From Myxococcota bacterium (GTDB lineage Bacteria > Myxococcota_A > UBA9160 > UBA6930), in the NCBI GenBank assembly GCA_965223415.1, contig OZ245002.1:3520001-3584000 (forward strand): a stretch of DNA of 64,000 nucleotides. Reading direction: 5' to 3'. How positions within the stretch are numbered: the first letter of the stretch is position 1; each line of letters opens with the position of its first letter. This document shows, one piece after another, positions 62,202-64,000 of this stretch. The position numbers were made by a program, and so were the translations under genes. Below the pieces are notes generated by a model. The model had not been told where the DNA came from and made no database searches. It saw only the letters and a program-made list of their open reading frames with translations.

Positions 62202-63439
62202 GCGCCGCTCCCGAAGGCCCGCTGGATCCGGTCGACCGCCTCGTCCACGTTCTCGCGGGAGTTGAAAGCCGAGATGCGGAAGTAGCCCTCGCCGGAGGGC
62301 CCGAAGCCAGAGCCGGGCGTGCCCACCACGTGGGTCTTCCCGAGCAGCGCGTCGAAGAAGTCCCACGACGAGAGGCCCTCGGGCGTGCGCAGCCAGATGT
62401 AGGGCGCGTGCACGCCCGCGAAGACCGTGAAGCCTGCCGCCGCCAGCCCTTCGCGCACCCGGCGCGCGTTCTCCAGGTAGTAGGCCACCTGCTCGCCGGT
62501 CTGCTTGCGTCCTTCCGGCGAGAACGCCGCCGCAGCGCCACGCTGGATCACGTACGGCACCTCGTTGAACTTCGTGGACTGGCGCCGCGACCAAAGCGAG
62601 TGGATCGAGACCTTCGCCCCCGCCCCGTCGCTGCCCTGGAGCGCCTTCGGCACGATCGTGTAGGCGCAGCGCATGCCGGTGAAGCCAGCCCGCTTCGAGA
62701 AGCTGCGCATCTCGATCGCGCACTCCTTCGCCTCCGGGATCTCGTAGATCGAGCGGGGCAGGACGGGATCGGAGATGAAGGCGTCGTAGGCGGCGTCGAA
62801 GAGGATCACTGCGTCGTTCGCCCGCGCCCAGGCCACCCAGGCGGCGAGCTGCTCGCGGCTCATCACGCTGCCGGTGGGGTTGTTCGGCGAGCACAGGTAG
62901 GCGAGGTCGGCGCGCTCCGCCGGCGGATTCGGGACGAAGCCGTTGGCCTCCGTGGCAGGGAGGTAGGAGATCCCCTCGTAGTAGCCGGACCCGTCGGCGC
63001 CGCCGGTGCGGCCGGCCATCACGTTCGTGTCGACGTAGACCGGGTAGACCGGGTCCGTGACCAGTACGCTGCAGTCGCTGCCGAAGATCTCCTGGATGTT
63101 GCCGCTGTCCTGCTTGCTGCCGTCGGAGACGAAGACTTCGTCGGCTTCCAGCTCGACGCCCCGGGCGCGGAAGTCGTGCTCGAGGATCGCTTCGACCAGG
63201 AACGGGTAGCCGTGCTCCGGCCCGTAGCCCTTGAAGTCCTCGGCGCGGCCCATGTCGTCCACCGCGGCGTGGAGCGCGTCGACGATGGCGGGCACGAGGG
63301 GCAGGGTGACGTCGCCGATCCCCAGCCGGATCACCGGGGCGTCCGGGTTCGCCGCCTGGTAGGCCCGCACCCGGCGGCCGATCTCCGGGAAGAGGTAGCC
63401 GGCCTCGAGCTTCAGGTAGTGGTCGTTGATGTGCGCCAT
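62198..63439 (-). CDS. dapL: LL-diaminopimelate aminotransferase
   Basis: [38 protein letters not shown]. Confidence 0.95.
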   Translation of the reverse strand: MAHINDHYLKLEAGYLFPEIGRRVRAYQAANPDAPVIRLGIGDVTLPLVPAIVDALHAAVDDMGRAEDFKGYGPEHGYPFLVEAILEHDFRARGVELEADEVFVSDGSKQDSGNIQEIFGSDCSVLVTDPVYPVYVDTNVMAGRTGGADGSGYYEGISYLPATEANGFVPNPPAERADLAYLCSPNNPTGSVMSREQLAAWVAWARANDAVILFDAAYDAFISDPVLPRSIYEIPEAKECAIEMRSFSKRAGFTGMRCAYTIVPKALQGSDGAGAKVSIHSLWSRRQSTKFNEVPYVIQRGAAAAFSPEGRKQTGEQVAYYLENARRVREGLAAAGFTVFAGVHAPYIWLRTPEGLSSWDFFDALLGKTHVVGTPGSGFGPSGEGYFRISAFNSRENVDEAVDRIQRAFGSGA

Positions 63440-63498
63440 GGCGCCGAACGATAACGCCCCCCATCGCACCCGTCCGCGCCTCCTCTACCTTCCCCGGG

Positions 63499-64000
63499 AT
63501 GTCCGGAAGCGCCCTCCCGAGGCTCGCGTGTGTCGGCCTCTGCGCCTGGCTGGCCAGCGCACCCGCTGCGCCCGCCCCGCCCACGGGCCCGGCGCCGGAG
63601 CCCTTCCTCCTGGACGCGCCGGGCCTCCGCGTCCTCGGCCCGGAGGCCCTCGCTGCGCGACCCAGCCGCTTTCCCTTCGCCGTCGGCGAGCGCCTCGACT
63701 ACGACGTCGCCTGGTGGGGCATCGCGGTGGGCCGCGCCTCCCTCGAGGTGGCCCGCCTGGTCGAGTGGCAGGGCGCCCGCCTGGCCCACGTGGTCGCCAC
63801 CGCCCGCACCAACGACTTCTTCTCCGTCTTCTACCGGGTGGACGACCGCAGCGAGTCCTGGATCGACGTCGACCGACTGCGCACCCTGCGCACCGCCACC
63901 CTCACCCGCCACGCCGACAAGGAGACCTGGGAGGAGGTCGAGTTCGACTGGACGACCCACCTCGTGCACGTGGTCGAGGAGAAGCGCCATGCGGTGCGGG
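63499..64000 (+). CDS. DUF3108-like protein, cut by the window end
   Basis: Own translation: signal-like start, then FPFAVGERLDYDVAWWGIAVGRASL. Confidence 0.65.
   Translation, partial: MSGSALPRLACVGLCAWLASAPAAPAPPTGPAPEPFLLDAPGLRVLGPEALAARPSRFPFAVGERLDYDVAWWGIAVGRASLEVARLVEWQGARLAHVVATARTNDFFSVFYRVDDRSESWIDVDRLRTLRTATLTRHADKETWEEVEFDWTTHLVHVVEEKRHAVR

Overview
Very GC-rich bacterial DNA from a diderm organism (Mla system, lipoproteins). The gene mix suggests a Myxococcota-like lineage, which is inference only. It is mostly core and metabolic genes: DAHP synthase, mlaE-D-A-C, NhaP-type antiporter, AddAB-like helicase/nuclease, acyl-CoA carboxyltransferase, egtD, GMC oxidoreductase, amidohydrolases, ettA and dapL. 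Mobile or repeat DNA: an intact IS5-family element, a RAYT-like Y1 transposase bracketed by perfect 31-bp inverted repeats, and two copies of a 37-bp-arm perfect palindrome. A sigma54 amtB-glnK operon and a TetR gene are decayed. The most intriguing locus is 15.8-20.0 kb. There a rhomboid protease with a Pup-sized acidic tail ending in Glu precedes a full PafA/Dop-fold protein carrying a hydrophobic ~130-aa insertion. A gamma-glutamyl hydrolase overlaps it, and no Pup, Dop or proteasome genes are in the window. An orphan PilB/GspE ATPase coupled to a Ycf46-like AAA+ ATPase lies just upstream. Many genes have a TAnnnT hexamer 6-9 nt before the start codon, suggesting leaderless mRNAs. All family calls come from motif recognition; no searches were run.
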